A stretch of DNA of 64,000 bases from a virus (taxonomy: Duplodnaviria > Caudoviricetes). The translations under genes were made by a program, and so were the position numbers. The stretch covers positions 32,001-96,000 of the IMG/VR virus record IMGVR_UViG_3300034101_006325, one strand, 5' to 3'. Of this stretch, positions 29,368 through 39,300 are shown piece by piece (the first letter of the stretch is position 1; the number at the start of each line of letters is the position of its first letter). The notes under the pieces are model-generated. The model did no database searches and was not told where the DNA came from. It saw nothing but the letters and a program-made list of their open reading frames with translations.

Positions 29368-30318
29368 CTAGACATTAATGCAGTTAAATGCATAGAACAA
29401 TTCTTCAACATCAAAGTCACCTATACCTTCTTTGATGAGAGACTTCAGTAGACCTACTTTATTTTTACGAGGGACAAATGTATCTATCGTATGTTGCACC
29501 TTGGAAATTTGAGTCGCAGACATCATGCTGCCATCGAGGTGGACAAGCTTCCAATTCCTCATAAGCTCATCTTTGCTCTCAATTATTTTCTTGTATACGA
29601 CTGACTCGGATGCATGAGACTGGCAGAAAGAAAGAACTTCCTGAATTGTGATATCATCATCACCGCCTAGGAAAGGCAATTTCTTGGCGACAGTTTTAAA
29701 ACCTAGTCCTTTTATGCCAGGAACATTGTCGCCAGGATCTCCACAAATCGCCTTGGCAACTGCGAAGTTGTGTGTCTTTATCCTATATTCTTCAAAAATA
29801 TCGTCCTTGGTTACTACCTGTTTTTTATGCAAGGAATAAATTCGAGTCTTGCCGTCCAACAGTTGATACATGTCCTTGTCGGAAGAGACAATCACCTTTT
29901 CATCAAGTCTAAATGGACCCTTACATAAAAACGCGACAATGTCATCACCTTCACAGTCGGAAACATAGACCTGACAGACAGGTGAGTGCTTCAACATCTC
30001 AAGAAGAGTTATTAGCTGATGCTTTCTATTCTCTTCGGATTCAGGGATATCGTCGCCATAAAAACGATTGAGCTTCTCTGGACGTCTTCCGAGTTTATAC
30101 TCTGAAAATATTTTTCTTCTACGAAGCGATCCTCCTCCTTCCCATGCCACGATGACTCGAGAAGGACAAATTTCAGTCACTATTCTCTTGAGCGTCTTCA
30201 AGAAGCCAATGCAACCTCCCATTTGATAACCATGCGAGGACATTTGTGGATAAGCGGCCCAAGATCTAATGAATAAGTTTTGGCCATCGACTATGAGCAC
30301 GGGTCTTTCTGAAGACAT
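29368..30318 (-). CDS. 5'-3' exonuclease (PolI N-terminal/T4 RNase H family)
   Basis: IVDGQN, EGDDIV, SSDKDMYQL, GDPGDNVPGIKG. Confidence 0.92.
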   Translation of the reverse strand: MSSERPVLIVDGQNLFIRSWAAYPQMSSHGYQMGGCIGFLKTLKRIVTEICPSRVIVAWEGGGSLRRRKIFSEYKLGRRPEKLNRFYGDDIPESEENRKHQLITLLEMLKHSPVCQVYVSDCEGDDIVAFLCKGPFRLDEKVIVSSDKDMYQLLDGKTRIYSLHKKQVVTKDDIFEEYRIKTHNFAVAKAICGDPGDNVPGIKGLGFKTVAKKLPFLGGDDDITIQEVLSFCQSHASESVVYKKIIESKDELMRNWKLVHLDGSMMSATQISKVQHTIDTFVPRKNKVGLLKSLIKEGIGDFDVEELFYAFNCINV

Positions 30319-30383
30319 AAGGACCTTATATAACACCTACAATAAACCAGTACAACTTAAAATTTTAACAATAATTACAAGAC

Positions 30384-31091
30384 ATGAGTCAAACGCTGCT
30401 GCGTGAATATCTTGATCTGATGCTTGAAAAAATTCGATCAAAAAAGAAAGTAAAGACAAAATTTGGAAAACCAAATTTTGATCTTGAAGAATTTAAATCT
30501 CTACCGAATGAAGCAATCATGAGAGCGTATGCGATGAATTATTTGGATCCCTTAGGACAAGGAAGCTCAAGAATTGCATTCGTTTTATCTGGCAATAGAC
30601 AGAAAGTGTTGAAGATAGCTCTCAATGAAAAAGGTCTTGCACAAAATAAAGCTGAACTAGAGGTATATACAGACCCTGCTACTGCCGACATGGCGGCAAA
30701 AATATACGATACAGACGAGAACAATCGTTGGGTAATCGCTGATATCGTCAGACCTCTAACGAACCCAATGGAATTTAAAAAGTTAACGGGAACGGATTGG
30801 GATCAATTTGTGCAAGACATGATGTCGTCTGTTTCTCAGGCTGCAAGAAGAAGAGATATGAAGTTAAGGGATGACGCGCCTGAATTTACAAAAAAGGTCT
30901 ATAGAATGGCTGAAAAAGGAAGCAATAAACTTCGTCAAGGCGACTTGACAGTTTTAGACCATTGGGGTAAAACAGCGGATGGCAGGGTCGTAATACTTGA
31001 TTATGGCTTCACAGTAGATGTTGGAGAAAAATACTACGACAAAAAGCCACAAAAAGTCGCGGTTCAAGACGATATTCCTACTGGCCGGTAG
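30384..31091 (+). CDS. protein-kinase-like fold enzyme
   Basis: LGQGSSRIAF, VLKIA, NKAE, GDL...HWG, VILDYG; ATAATTA 6 nt before the ATG. Confidence 0.75.
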   Translation: MSQTLLREYLDLMLEKIRSKKKVKTKFGKPNFDLEEFKSLPNEAIMRAYAMNYLDPLGQGSSRIAFVLSGNRQKVLKIALNEKGLAQNKAELEVYTDPATADMAAKIYDTDENNRWVIADIVRPLTNPMEFKKLTGTDWDQFVQDMMSSVSQAARRRDMKLRDDAPEFTKKVYRMAEKGSNKLRQGDLTVLDHWGKTADGRVVILDYGFTVDVGEKYYDKKPQKVAVQDDIPTGR

Positions 31092-31515
31092 AGCCAAAGC
31101 CTCCTGAGCCTCTGTCGGTCTTGGTTAAGCTCTCTGTCACCTGGAATATCCCACGAAAAACTCTTGAAAATATCATCTGAGCAATCCTATCGCCTTTATT
31201 GACAATAAATTCCTCGTCACCTGTATTCAACAGAATGACCTTGATTTCTCCTCTAAAATCTTCATCAACTGTTCCCGGTGTGTTCAGTACTGTGATGCCA
31301 TACTTGGCAGCCAGACCGGACCTAGGACGAACCTGTGCCTCAAAACCTGGTGGCAGTTCGATCTTTAAACCTGTCGACACCATTGCACGGCGACCAGGTC
31401 TAATGATCAAATTTTCATTTGCGTAAAGATCACAACCGGCTGATCCTTGTGTTTGATACTTTGGAACAAGACTGTTGTCATCTACCTCACAACGAATCCA
31501 AAATATATCACTCAT
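31078..31515 (-). CDS. dut: trimeric dUTPase
   Basis: SAGCDL, QVRPRSGLA, GTVDEDFRGEI, RIAQ, RGSGGFGSTG. Confidence 0.95.
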   Translation of the reverse strand: MSDIFWIRCEVDDNSLVPKYQTQGSAGCDLYANENLIIRPGRRAMVSTGLKIELPPGFEAQVRPRSGLAAKYGITVLNTPGTVDEDFRGEIKVILLNTGDEEFIVNKGDRIAQMIFSRVFRGIFQVTESLTKTDRGSGGFGSTGQ

Positions 31516-32695
31516 CTGTCATTCCTCCTTCTCCATCACCCTCCCCAGAAGGATCTCCTCCTGTGGTCACAAGTGCTGAGTCAATAACTGTCAAAAGATA
31601 GTTTCTGTATTTCTCATCCTTCAGCATTTCACCAAATTCCGACTTATAAAACTTCTTTTCCAATACAACTTCGCCTGTCTTTGCATTGACGACTGAAAGC
31701 TCTTTCCAAGCACCCTCTCCGCTGAGATTGATCTCAAGACCGTCTCGTTTCACAGGACCGTTGGCCTTGCAGTGAGCACGAGACTCATCGAAAAGATATT
31801 CGTCTTCGACGATGCCTTTGCCAAAGATGATGTCAAATTCGCACTTTCTAAATGGTGCTGCAACCTTGTTCTTTTTAATTGTGACCGTTGTATGAATACC
31901 GATGGTATTGCCGGCCTTGTCCTTTACCTGATTTCCGCTACCGAGTCGAATGCGAACCGACGAATGAAATGGAATAGCCTTCCCACCGGGTGTCACTGCT
32001 GGGTCTCCATGCATTACACCGATGTTGTCGCGGAGCTGATTGATGCAGAGCAACGTCACGTTGTTCTGGCCAATGACACCCGTAATCTTGCGCATGCCTT
32101 TGGAGATCGCTCGAGCCTGAAGACCGATGGAGTTTTGGTCATAATCGCCATCCAGTTCTGCCTTTGGAGAAGTTGCAGCTACTGAATCCCAGATGACAAG
32201 GATAGGAATGTTCTTTTCAAGAATTTGCTTTGCCTTGGTGATTGTGGACTCAATGATCGAGAAAACCTCTTCAGTACAGTGCGAGTCACAATAGACAAAA
32301 CGCTTGCGAACATCTACACCCATGTCAGCCAATTTGGCAACAGGCGTGGCATTTTCTGTATCAATGTAGACAACCAATCCTCCCATCTGTTGGACAACGG
32401 CTGCTGCATGATAGGCAAGATGTGACTTTCCGCTTGAAGGAAGTCCACTGATCTCAATGATTCGTCCTTCAGGATAGCCGCCATCCATCGCATTTCTGAT
32501 AGCATAATTTAATTGAATTGATCCCGTGTCGATCCATCGCTTTACGACAGTCGGTGCATCCATCTCAGAAAGATTATAAGCAATTCTTTGACCAAATTCC
32601 TTGTTGATGGAGGTAATGAGATCCTTCATCATGCTGTCGACTTCGGACTTTTTTGAAACTGTTTCGACGTCTTCAAACTTTTCTTTTCTTGCCAT
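31508..32695 (-). CDS. recA: RecA/UvsX recombinase
   Basis: GRIIEISGLPSSGKS, YIDTE, IWDSVAA, INQLR, TPGGKAIPFHSSVRI, KNKVAAPF. Confidence 0.95.
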   Translation of the reverse strand: MARKEKFEDVETVSKKSEVDSMMKDLITSINKEFGQRIAYNLSEMDAPTVVKRWIDTGSIQLNYAIRNAMDGGYPEGRIIEISGLPSSGKSHLAYHAAAVVQQMGGLVVYIDTENATPVAKLADMGVDVRKRFVYCDSHCTEEVFSIIESTITKAKQILEKNIPILVIWDSVAATSPKAELDGDYDQNSIGLQARAISKGMRKITGVIGQNNVTLLCINQLRDNIGVMHGDPAVTPGGKAIPFHSSVRIRLGSGNQVKDKAGNTIGIHTTVTIKKNKVAAPFRKCEFDIIFGKGIVEDEYLFDESRAHCKANGPVKRDGLEINLSGEGAWKELSVVNAKTGEVVLEKKFYKSEFGEMLKDEKYRNYLLTVIDSALVTTGGDPSGEGDGEGGMTDE

Positions 32696-32726
32696 GTTCC
32701 CATTATCCTTCATCAGCATAAAATAG

Positions 32727-32756
32727 TTCAAGCGCCGGTGTTACCCAGCGCTTGAA
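32727..32756 (-). terminator. terminator-like hairpin after the SSB gene
   Basis: TTCAAGCGC...GCGCTTGAA IR followed by CTATTTT on minus strand. Confidence 0.65.
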
Positions 32757-32771
32757 TTTAAGAGATTAACT

Positions 32772-33617
32772 TCAATCGTCGCCCATTAGATCGGCGAAGG
32801 CATCGTCCAGAGACTGTTTCTTGGGAGAATCATCGTCTGCCTTCTTTGCCTTCTTTGGCTTCTCAGGAGCAGCTGCCTTTACCTCAGCGACGAGGTCGTC
32901 CAAGGCATCAACAGGAGTAGGTCCACGAGTCGTCTCAGGAGTCGATGCAACTTCTTCAGTTGTACCGCCATTCAGCCAGTTGTTAAGAACTGCCTCGATC
33001 TCTTGCGTCGACTTGAGACGATACATGTCGTCAATGTTAGGCACATGCTCGAGCCAATTTGCCATGACCTTTTGATCATCGTGAAGCTTGGATGGACGCC
33101 TTGCTGGATCCACCATCGTGTCATTGAACTGCTTGCCTGGTGCCTTGGAGATTGTCACCTTGAGGTCGAATCCGCTGTTAGGATCAAGAATATCACCGAC
33201 CTCCTCGTCGAGGAAGAATCCAAGCATGCGCTGGTATACGATCTTGCCGAATGACCAGACCTGAACTCCCTTGTCCTCCTCACCTCGAACCACGACAGGT
33301 GCATAGCAGCGCATCTTCGGAGCAAGCTTCTTGGCAAGGACTCGATCGTCAGGCTTGCCACTGCTGTACAGCTTGCGAATTAAATCGTTGATGGGATCAG
33401 GCTTTCCAAACTGATTTGGCGAAAGAATTGCGGCATTCTCTCCAATGTAGTAGAACCAACGCTCCATGAAAGGTTGCCCCTCAGCAGCATTCTTCCAAGG
33501 CAAACATCGAACCTTGTACTCACCGACCGTGGGCTTCCACATCTGGACAGCCGAGGTCTTCTTCACACCGCTGAGCTCTGCAACACGACGCTTAATTGCT
33601 TCAAGATCAATAGCCAT
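32772..33617 (-). CDS. single-stranded DNA-binding protein (T4 gp32-like)
   Basis: YKVRCLP, DPINDL, VWSFGKIVY, GFDLKVT, acidic tail LDDAFADLMGDD; adjacent to recA. Confidence 0.8.
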   Translation of the reverse strand: MAIDLEAIKRRVAELSGVKKTSAVQMWKPTVGEYKVRCLPWKNAAEGQPFMERWFYYIGENAAILSPNQFGKPDPINDLIRKLYSSGKPDDRVLAKKLAPKMRCYAPVVVRGEEDKGVQVWSFGKIVYQRMLGFFLDEEVGDILDPNSGFDLKVTISKAPGKQFNDTMVDPARRPSKLHDDQKVMANWLEHVPNIDDMYRLKSTQEIEAVLNNWLNGGTTEEVASTPETTRGPTPVDALDDLVAEVKAAAPEKPKKAKKADDDSPKKQSLDDAFADLMGDD

Positions 33618-33662
33618 TTTATTTTCCTATTCCTTTTCCTCTTTCGATATCAAATTTCGATG

Positions 33663-33681
33663 TCACGACACCGTGTCGTGA
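33663..33681. promoter_or_regulatory. perfect palindrome (operator-like) upstream of SSB
   Basis: TCACGACAC-C-GTGTCGTGA. Confidence 0.5.
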
Positions 33682-33879
33682 GCCACCGAGCATATCAATC
33701 TAAGTCTTTGTCAACCTATCATGCAACGAAAGAGTTGTATCAACTTAACATTCGTCGTTGGATCTTTGCACAATGCCTTTTCAAGGCAGAACAAATGTGG
33801 TTTCATGATGCACTTCCTGTCCCTCTTCCGTTTCCGCATCGATCTAGGTCGATATTATTAAATATCGACAAACCAAAAA

Positions 33880-34188
33880 TTATGCCGCCATCATTGCGAC
33901 GCCGATCAGAGAAACAATGAAGCCTGCAAGTTGAAGCGGAGTCAGGCGGTCGCCGAGGAGGAAGAACCCAAAGACGAATGCCGCTGTATAGATCACGTCC
34001 ACAAGAACTGACATGAGGCTGAGATTGTGGGATCTTTTTGATATCAGACCCCACAGGATACCACTGACGATGGAAGGCCCGACAGGCGCCCAAATGGGGA
34101 GCAATTCTGCCTGAACTTTTTTTGTGACAAAAGCACCGATCACGCCCGTCGCGAAGAGGGCGATGTAAGGAATTATTAAGTTTTTCAT
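33880..34188 (-). CDS. small multi-pass membrane protein (DMT/EamA/SMR-like)
   Basis: 3-4 hydrophobic helices; LLGDRLTPLQLAGFIVSLIGV ending typical of DMT. Confidence 0.65.
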   Translation of the reverse strand: MKNLIIPYIALFATGVIGAFVTKKVQAELLPIWAPVGPSIVSGILWGLISKRSHNLSLMSVLVDVIYTAAFVFGFFLLGDRLTPLQLAGFIVSLIGVAMMAA

Positions 34189-34189
34189 T

Positions 34190-34417
34190 TCACTTCCAGC
34201 CGGGTTTCTTCTTTTTTCCTGGCGTTTTTGCGCCGAGGGGAAGTGTGGGTCCGACGATGTTTGCTGTTACACTCATCTCGTCTACTTCGTTATCATCTCG
34301 CTCTTTTTTATCTTCGTCCTTGGGAGAATCGGTGCTCATGAGTTGGTTTCCTACGCGAGGATTCCTTTTGACTTCCAAGATCATCTCCTGTATATACTGA
34401 CGAAGCACGTCGGACAT
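34190..34417 (-). CDS. small protein with LRxYIxE leader
   Basis: MSDVLRQYIQEMILE; ATACTTA 5 nt before the ATG. Confidence 0.65.
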   Translation of the reverse strand: MSDVLRQYIQEMILEVKRNPRVGNQLMSTDSPKDEDKKERDDNEVDEMSVTANIVGPTLPLGAKTPGKKKKPGWK

Positions 34418-34428
34418 ACACTTAAGTA

Positions 34429-35025
34429 TTACTTAACGAGCAATTCTTTTTCCTGCTTTGTAGAGATAATGTCTGCCATGTGAACAATATCAGCCAAACG
34501 TGGTTCCTTCATCTTATAAGGGGCATTCACCTCGTCGTATTGACCATCATTTAGGACGATCGAAAGCCACTCTTCCTGAGTAAGCTTCAAGCCAAAGTGT
34601 TGACACAACCACACGCCTCGGTGAGGAACGGTCATGTACTGCATATCCTTGTTGTGTTTGTACATCTCTCCAAGCTTCTCACGATGCCAGTCAGAGTCCT
34701 GCGGGACATAGTAGTCCTTCTCGTGGTCTCCTGCCTTGCCTAAATCATGGAAGAGGCATCCAATGATCAGCGACTCCTTGGAAACCTCCCAGCCAAAAGT
34801 CTTGCATAGCTTCATGGCATTTGTAAGGACTCGCAAGGAATGATCGACCAAACCTCCTGGAATTGCATGGTGAAAATCCTTGCGTGATGATGCAGGACAC
34901 AATGCCAACCTCTCCCCCAAATGGTCGACCAATGCCAAAGCTGATTCCGATCTATCATTTAGACGCTCACACAGCGAACGAAACTTGTCAAAATTTGATG
35001 CAATATCTTCTGGACTTAGACTCAT
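34429..35025 (-). CDS. HD-domain phosphohydrolase (YhaM-like)
   Basis: HHAIPGGLVDHSL, LFHDLGK, HMAD. Confidence 0.85.
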   Translation of the reverse strand: MSLSPEDIASNFDKFRSLCERLNDRSESALALVDHLGERLALCPASSRKDFHHAIPGGLVDHSLRVLTNAMKLCKTFGWEVSKESLIIGCLFHDLGKAGDHEKDYYVPQDSDWHREKLGEMYKHNKDMQYMTVPHRGVWLCQHFGLKLTQEEWLSIVLNDGQYDEVNAPYKMKEPRLADIVHMADIISTKQEKELLVK

Positions 35026-35050
35026 GCAACGACATTATCTTGTTTGCGCT

Positions 35051-36262
35051 TCAATGTTCATGCAATGTTTCCACTTTGAGTGGGAAGGGCGCAGTGTAAC
35101 CCGGCACTTCGATCGACGACACGCATTCGACGTCCTTTATCCTGTCGTTCCGCACGTCGAGTATCAGTGCATCATGGAGGACGAAGAGGGGACGAATGCC
35201 GTCGGTCCCGAGTCGGTCAAGAATTGCCTTGAATCCCAACAGAGAAACGTCGACACCGGTGCTCTGTGCATAGGTGTTGACGAATAGATGCTCGGAAGAA
35301 GAATCATCGACAGTCAGCGGCCGCCCATACTTGTTGTGTATGAAGCCTGTGGAGGATAGATCCTCAGCAATGCGGCGCCGTAGATCGGGCGTGCGGAAGT
35401 AGGATCGAATCCTGTCGATAAATTTATCCAACTGCTCGCCCGACATGTCGAGGCGTCTAGAGATGAGCCCTTTCGATGCACCGTATAGTTCAGCAAGGAC
35501 GGCCACCTTCACGGCTGCTCGGTCGATCGACCCGTCAAAGAGCTCCTTCGAAATATGTCCGTAGACATCAGCAGAGGGTGCATGGACGTCAGCCTCGTGC
35601 AGGATGATCCTCGCCTCGAGGGAGGAAAAATCCAGCGACACAACCTTGCCATCGGGAAAGTGCGACCTGATCATCCCACGATGTTCTCTCTTCAGAGTCA
35701 ATATGTTGGGACCTGACTCTACGACGAGGCGGCCCGTCCTCGTGCCGAATCGATCATAGACGACTGGCGGCGAGTATCCCCCTGCACCGGGTCGAAATGA
35801 TTCCAATGCTCCGTTGCCCGTGCCGCACTCTTCGATCAGCGCACGAAATCTAGATGAATCAACCTTCGCAGGACGCAAGGAATCCAGGACCTCACCGCAG
35901 GGAATCCACGTTTCATTAAAATATTCCACGGGAAGTCGATCGAAGCTTCCAATGACCTTTTTTAGAATATTTTTTATGTGTGCTTTGTATTGACTCGGAG
36001 CCATCACTTGCGACCATGGGACGTCCGATTCCAGACCCACGGTTCTCATCGCAAGCCTCCATTTTTCTGAGGGCATGACGTCGACAGGAGAACCTCCTAG
36101 CCTGAGCAATGAATCTAGGCAAGGAGAACCAGAGTTTCGAAACCTGCCCGTGAGCAGCAAAGTCCCAGGAGGAACTCGAGAAATGCTGCTAAAACCTTCG
36201 GAGTGCACGAGGAGGTGTGCCTCGGCGCCGAGAACAGTTTTGTCCACACAAAAATTCTGCAA
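35051..36262 (-). CDS. family A DNA polymerase catalytic-domain protein without exonuclease domains
   Basis: RTGRL, LDFSSLEAR (motif A), RAAVKVAVLAELYG (motif B), NTYAQSTGVD, LHDAL (motif C). Confidence 0.8.
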   Translation of the reverse strand: MQNFCVDKTVLGAEAHLLVHSEGFSSISRVPPGTLLLTGRFRNSGSPCLDSLLRLGGSPVDVMPSEKWRLAMRTVGLESDVPWSQVMAPSQYKAHIKNILKKVIGSFDRLPVEYFNETWIPCGEVLDSLRPAKVDSSRFRALIEECGTGNGALESFRPGAGGYSPPVVYDRFGTRTGRLVVESGPNILTLKREHRGMIRSHFPDGKVVSLDFSSLEARIILHEADVHAPSADVYGHISKELFDGSIDRAAVKVAVLAELYGASKGLISRRLDMSGEQLDKFIDRIRSYFRTPDLRRRIAEDLSSTGFIHNKYGRPLTVDDSSSEHLFVNTYAQSTGVDVSLLGFKAILDRLGTDGIRPLFVLHDALILDVRNDRIKDVECVSSIEVPGYTAPFPLKVETLHEH

Positions 36263-36320
36263 TTTAAAAAATATTAAACAAAAAATAAAAATTTTACAAC
36301 AAATAACACCTTATTTTTTG

Positions 36321-39300
36321 CTAACCTCCTGTACGATTAAAAATTTCTTCTCTTTGGGCGTCAGTTACTGCGCCGGGACTATTTGTCCCTGAGGTGCCCG
36401 CTGCTTCAGTAGGAGTAGTAGTAGAAGAAAAAGGAGAAAACGCAGATTTCACCAGAGACGCTCCTGCTCCGGCGAACGTCTGCGGGCCCGGGGAAGACGT
36501 CGTTGCTTTTTCTATCTGTCTCTCGAGGTCGTTCATGTAGGAGATGACGCGTGCGTAGCCGTCGATGGGAGTGAACGTGAGAGACGTGTCGAACTTTCCA
36601 AGGGAGATGTTGTGGGTGACCTGTATGACGGAGTACACGTTGTCGATCGAGGTGCCCGTGTCGAAGTCGACGAGGTATTCCTGGTAAGGCTCTATCAACG
36701 GGCAACCCTTCACGTTCATGGACAGCTGGGCTGGAAGCACGCGGATCGGCAGGTTGTATTCCTCCATCTGCAGACCGTTGGGCGCAAGAGTGCTTCTCGT
36801 CTTGAAGCTTCCTGCCTGCATGTGGGCGGTCGACAGCAAACTGTCGGTCTTCGACGCGAGCTGGACGTTGTAGATCAACGATCCGTTGGTGTTGATGTGG
36901 AGGCGACCTGTCCTCGGCTCGACGAACTTTTCGAGGACCTTCAGGCCACCGTACTTTTCAAAAGTTTCGGTCTGTAGGTTTCCTCCCGAGGCTGTAAATC
37001 CAAGCGCCACCTTGTCCTTGCCCTTTTCTTCGACGGTCGTATAGGCGGGCGGCTTGCGCTGCATGATGACCTCGTTTGTCTTGCCACCTTTCACACCCTT
37101 CGTGACAGTAACCGTCTTTGGCTCGAGCGTCGCATTGGAATCGAGAAGACCGCTGGGCGTCAACTTGGCATGCTGCGCAGATGCCGCTGTGTCGTAGATG
37201 TCGATCCGCATGACAATCGATTTGCCTTTATAATTTGTCTTGATTTCGCTGTTCGTAAGATTCAAGCGAAACTTTTCAGATAAATTTTCGACGATTGGGT
37301 CGCCCTCGGGCATTGTATCAACACGCATCGCAATCCCGGGGATCTTCAGGTTGCCCCACTTGGTGAACCAATCTCCAATCGCGTTCGCGAACTTCCAGCG
37401 CTTGGCATCGGCGGTCTCCGCAGCAGCAGCGGCCGCGCCGGCCGCGGCCCGTGACTTGGCGTCCTCGGCCTTCTTCTTCTTGGAATTCTTTTCGTACCAT
37501 TCAGCGCTCGGTAGAGAGAAAGCCACATTCGTCGTCGAGGCGGGAGGCGGATTCGGAGGCGGTGGCTGGCCTTTTGAATCGGGAGTATCTGCAGGCTGTG
37601 TTGGGTCTTTTAGAAGGTCTATCAGGATGCCCTGTTCCGTCTCATTTAATTTATTAAATTCTGTCAACTGATCTTTCGAAGGTTGAGTCGAGGGAGAAAC
37701 GAAAGCGAATGCCTTGTACATTGTCACTGAGCTCTCGACCTGGGAATAAGCATAAGTACTAGTTTTGGTCAGCTTTGCCCGAGCGTCTTGCCTCGCATTG
37801 TTTTCTTCTTGTTGTTTTTTTGCATCAGCAGCACCTGCAGCAGCTTGCTGCGTGGCGAGGAAGTCTTTGCGCATCATGGTGCGAACTTTCGTTCCTATGA
37901 ATATCAAGTCAGCGTCACGATCGGCTTGGGGCCGAGTCGTATCGAAGACTTTGTCTTCGCCTCCGCGGGCGTCGAGGGCATCGTTGTAAGCATCATTATA
38001 TTTTAATTCTGTAAAAATGGGTGAAGGCTGCGGCGCGCCTTTTTCGTCGTTTACCTTAAACTCAACGGAAATTGTGTCTTTGCCTTGCAGCACTGAATTA
38101 AAAAGCTTCTTAAGACTCTGGTTTTTAGGGTCGTTATCGTCTAGTTTGTTGTTTACGTGAAAATTAACAATAGATTCGGCTTGAACTCTGGAATTTTTGG
38201 GATCTGGCTTTGTTTCTAAATACCTCTGTAATTTGGCTATTTTGTCGGCTTTGGGGTCGTCGAACACGAGCGGCGGGCCGCCAAACAAAGACGAGTAATC
38301 TGCGTTGATTAATTTCCACATTGCAGGGTTATAACTTGTAGCTAAAAGTATTCCACCAGACTTTGTCAAATAATGTTTGATGTACATCTGTACTGCTTCG
38401 TCTTTTTTAAGTGGAGACTCGGCCCACATCTGCAGTTCAGCGTTCAGCCCCTGCGGCTGTGGGCCGCCGCCGCCTCCACCCCCGCCGCCGCCTTGGGGCT
38501 TGACCTGTTCGTCTGGGCGCTGGGTGAGCTGGGGTCGGACGGGGGAGTAGGGGAGGTAGTATTCCGACATGGCGTAGCCGGGGGATCTGCGGTCGGCGAA
38601 CTGGGTCTCGGCGACGAAGGACATGAATTCCTCGAGGGTCATCGCCTCGCCGCCTCGCTTCGCGACGAAGTCGGCGAACTGTCCGAGGAACATGTCCATG
38701 TCGATCGGGAACTCAGAGATGTTGATGCCGCTCATCGGGCCGCAGGACTCGTTCATCTGGAAGAAGTTGATCTTGACGCTGTCGATGTCCTCGTCCTTGG
38801 CGATCCTGAGGATGGCGGGCAGGGCGAAGACGCTGAACACCTTGCCGAATGAAACGACGCGGCGTCGGTCGCCCTTCCGCTTGTCTGCTTCGATCTTCGC
38901 GTCGAGGGCCTTTTGCTCCTCTGCGGAAAGCTGGGCGATCGGAGGCTGCTCCCAGTAGTATTTGTCGTCGGAACGCATGGCCTGCGAGCTTTGAACCTTG
39001 TCGATCGCCTTGATTAGATCGGGATGGAAGCCGTTGAAGTTGACGAGCTCGTTCTTGAGCGCCTCATTTTTGTTGGCCGTGGGCAAAAAAGGATCAGGAG
39101 AATTTGCATCGAGGCACTTCTCAAATTTGCTGTAGGCGAAAGATTTCCCTTCAAGCCTGGCTTCAGTCCTCAGCGACTGACTTGACGCGAAGTATTTTTC
39201 GACGTCATCTAGGAGATCTATCGCAGCAAGCCTCTCCTCTTGGTTGGCTCGTTGATCGATGAATTCTCTTGCCTTTTTAAGCAGCAATTCTCTCTCTTTT

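Noticed and set aside
25277-32695. Inteins in RNR, helicase or RecA
   Set aside because: Protein lengths are ordinary and no intein splice or LAGLIDADG motifs were seen.
34429-36262. Z-genome (2-aminoadenine) system suggested by HD + PolA + MazG
   Set aside because: No PurZ/PurA homolog in the window; the HD protein looks YhaM-like rather than DatZ-like.
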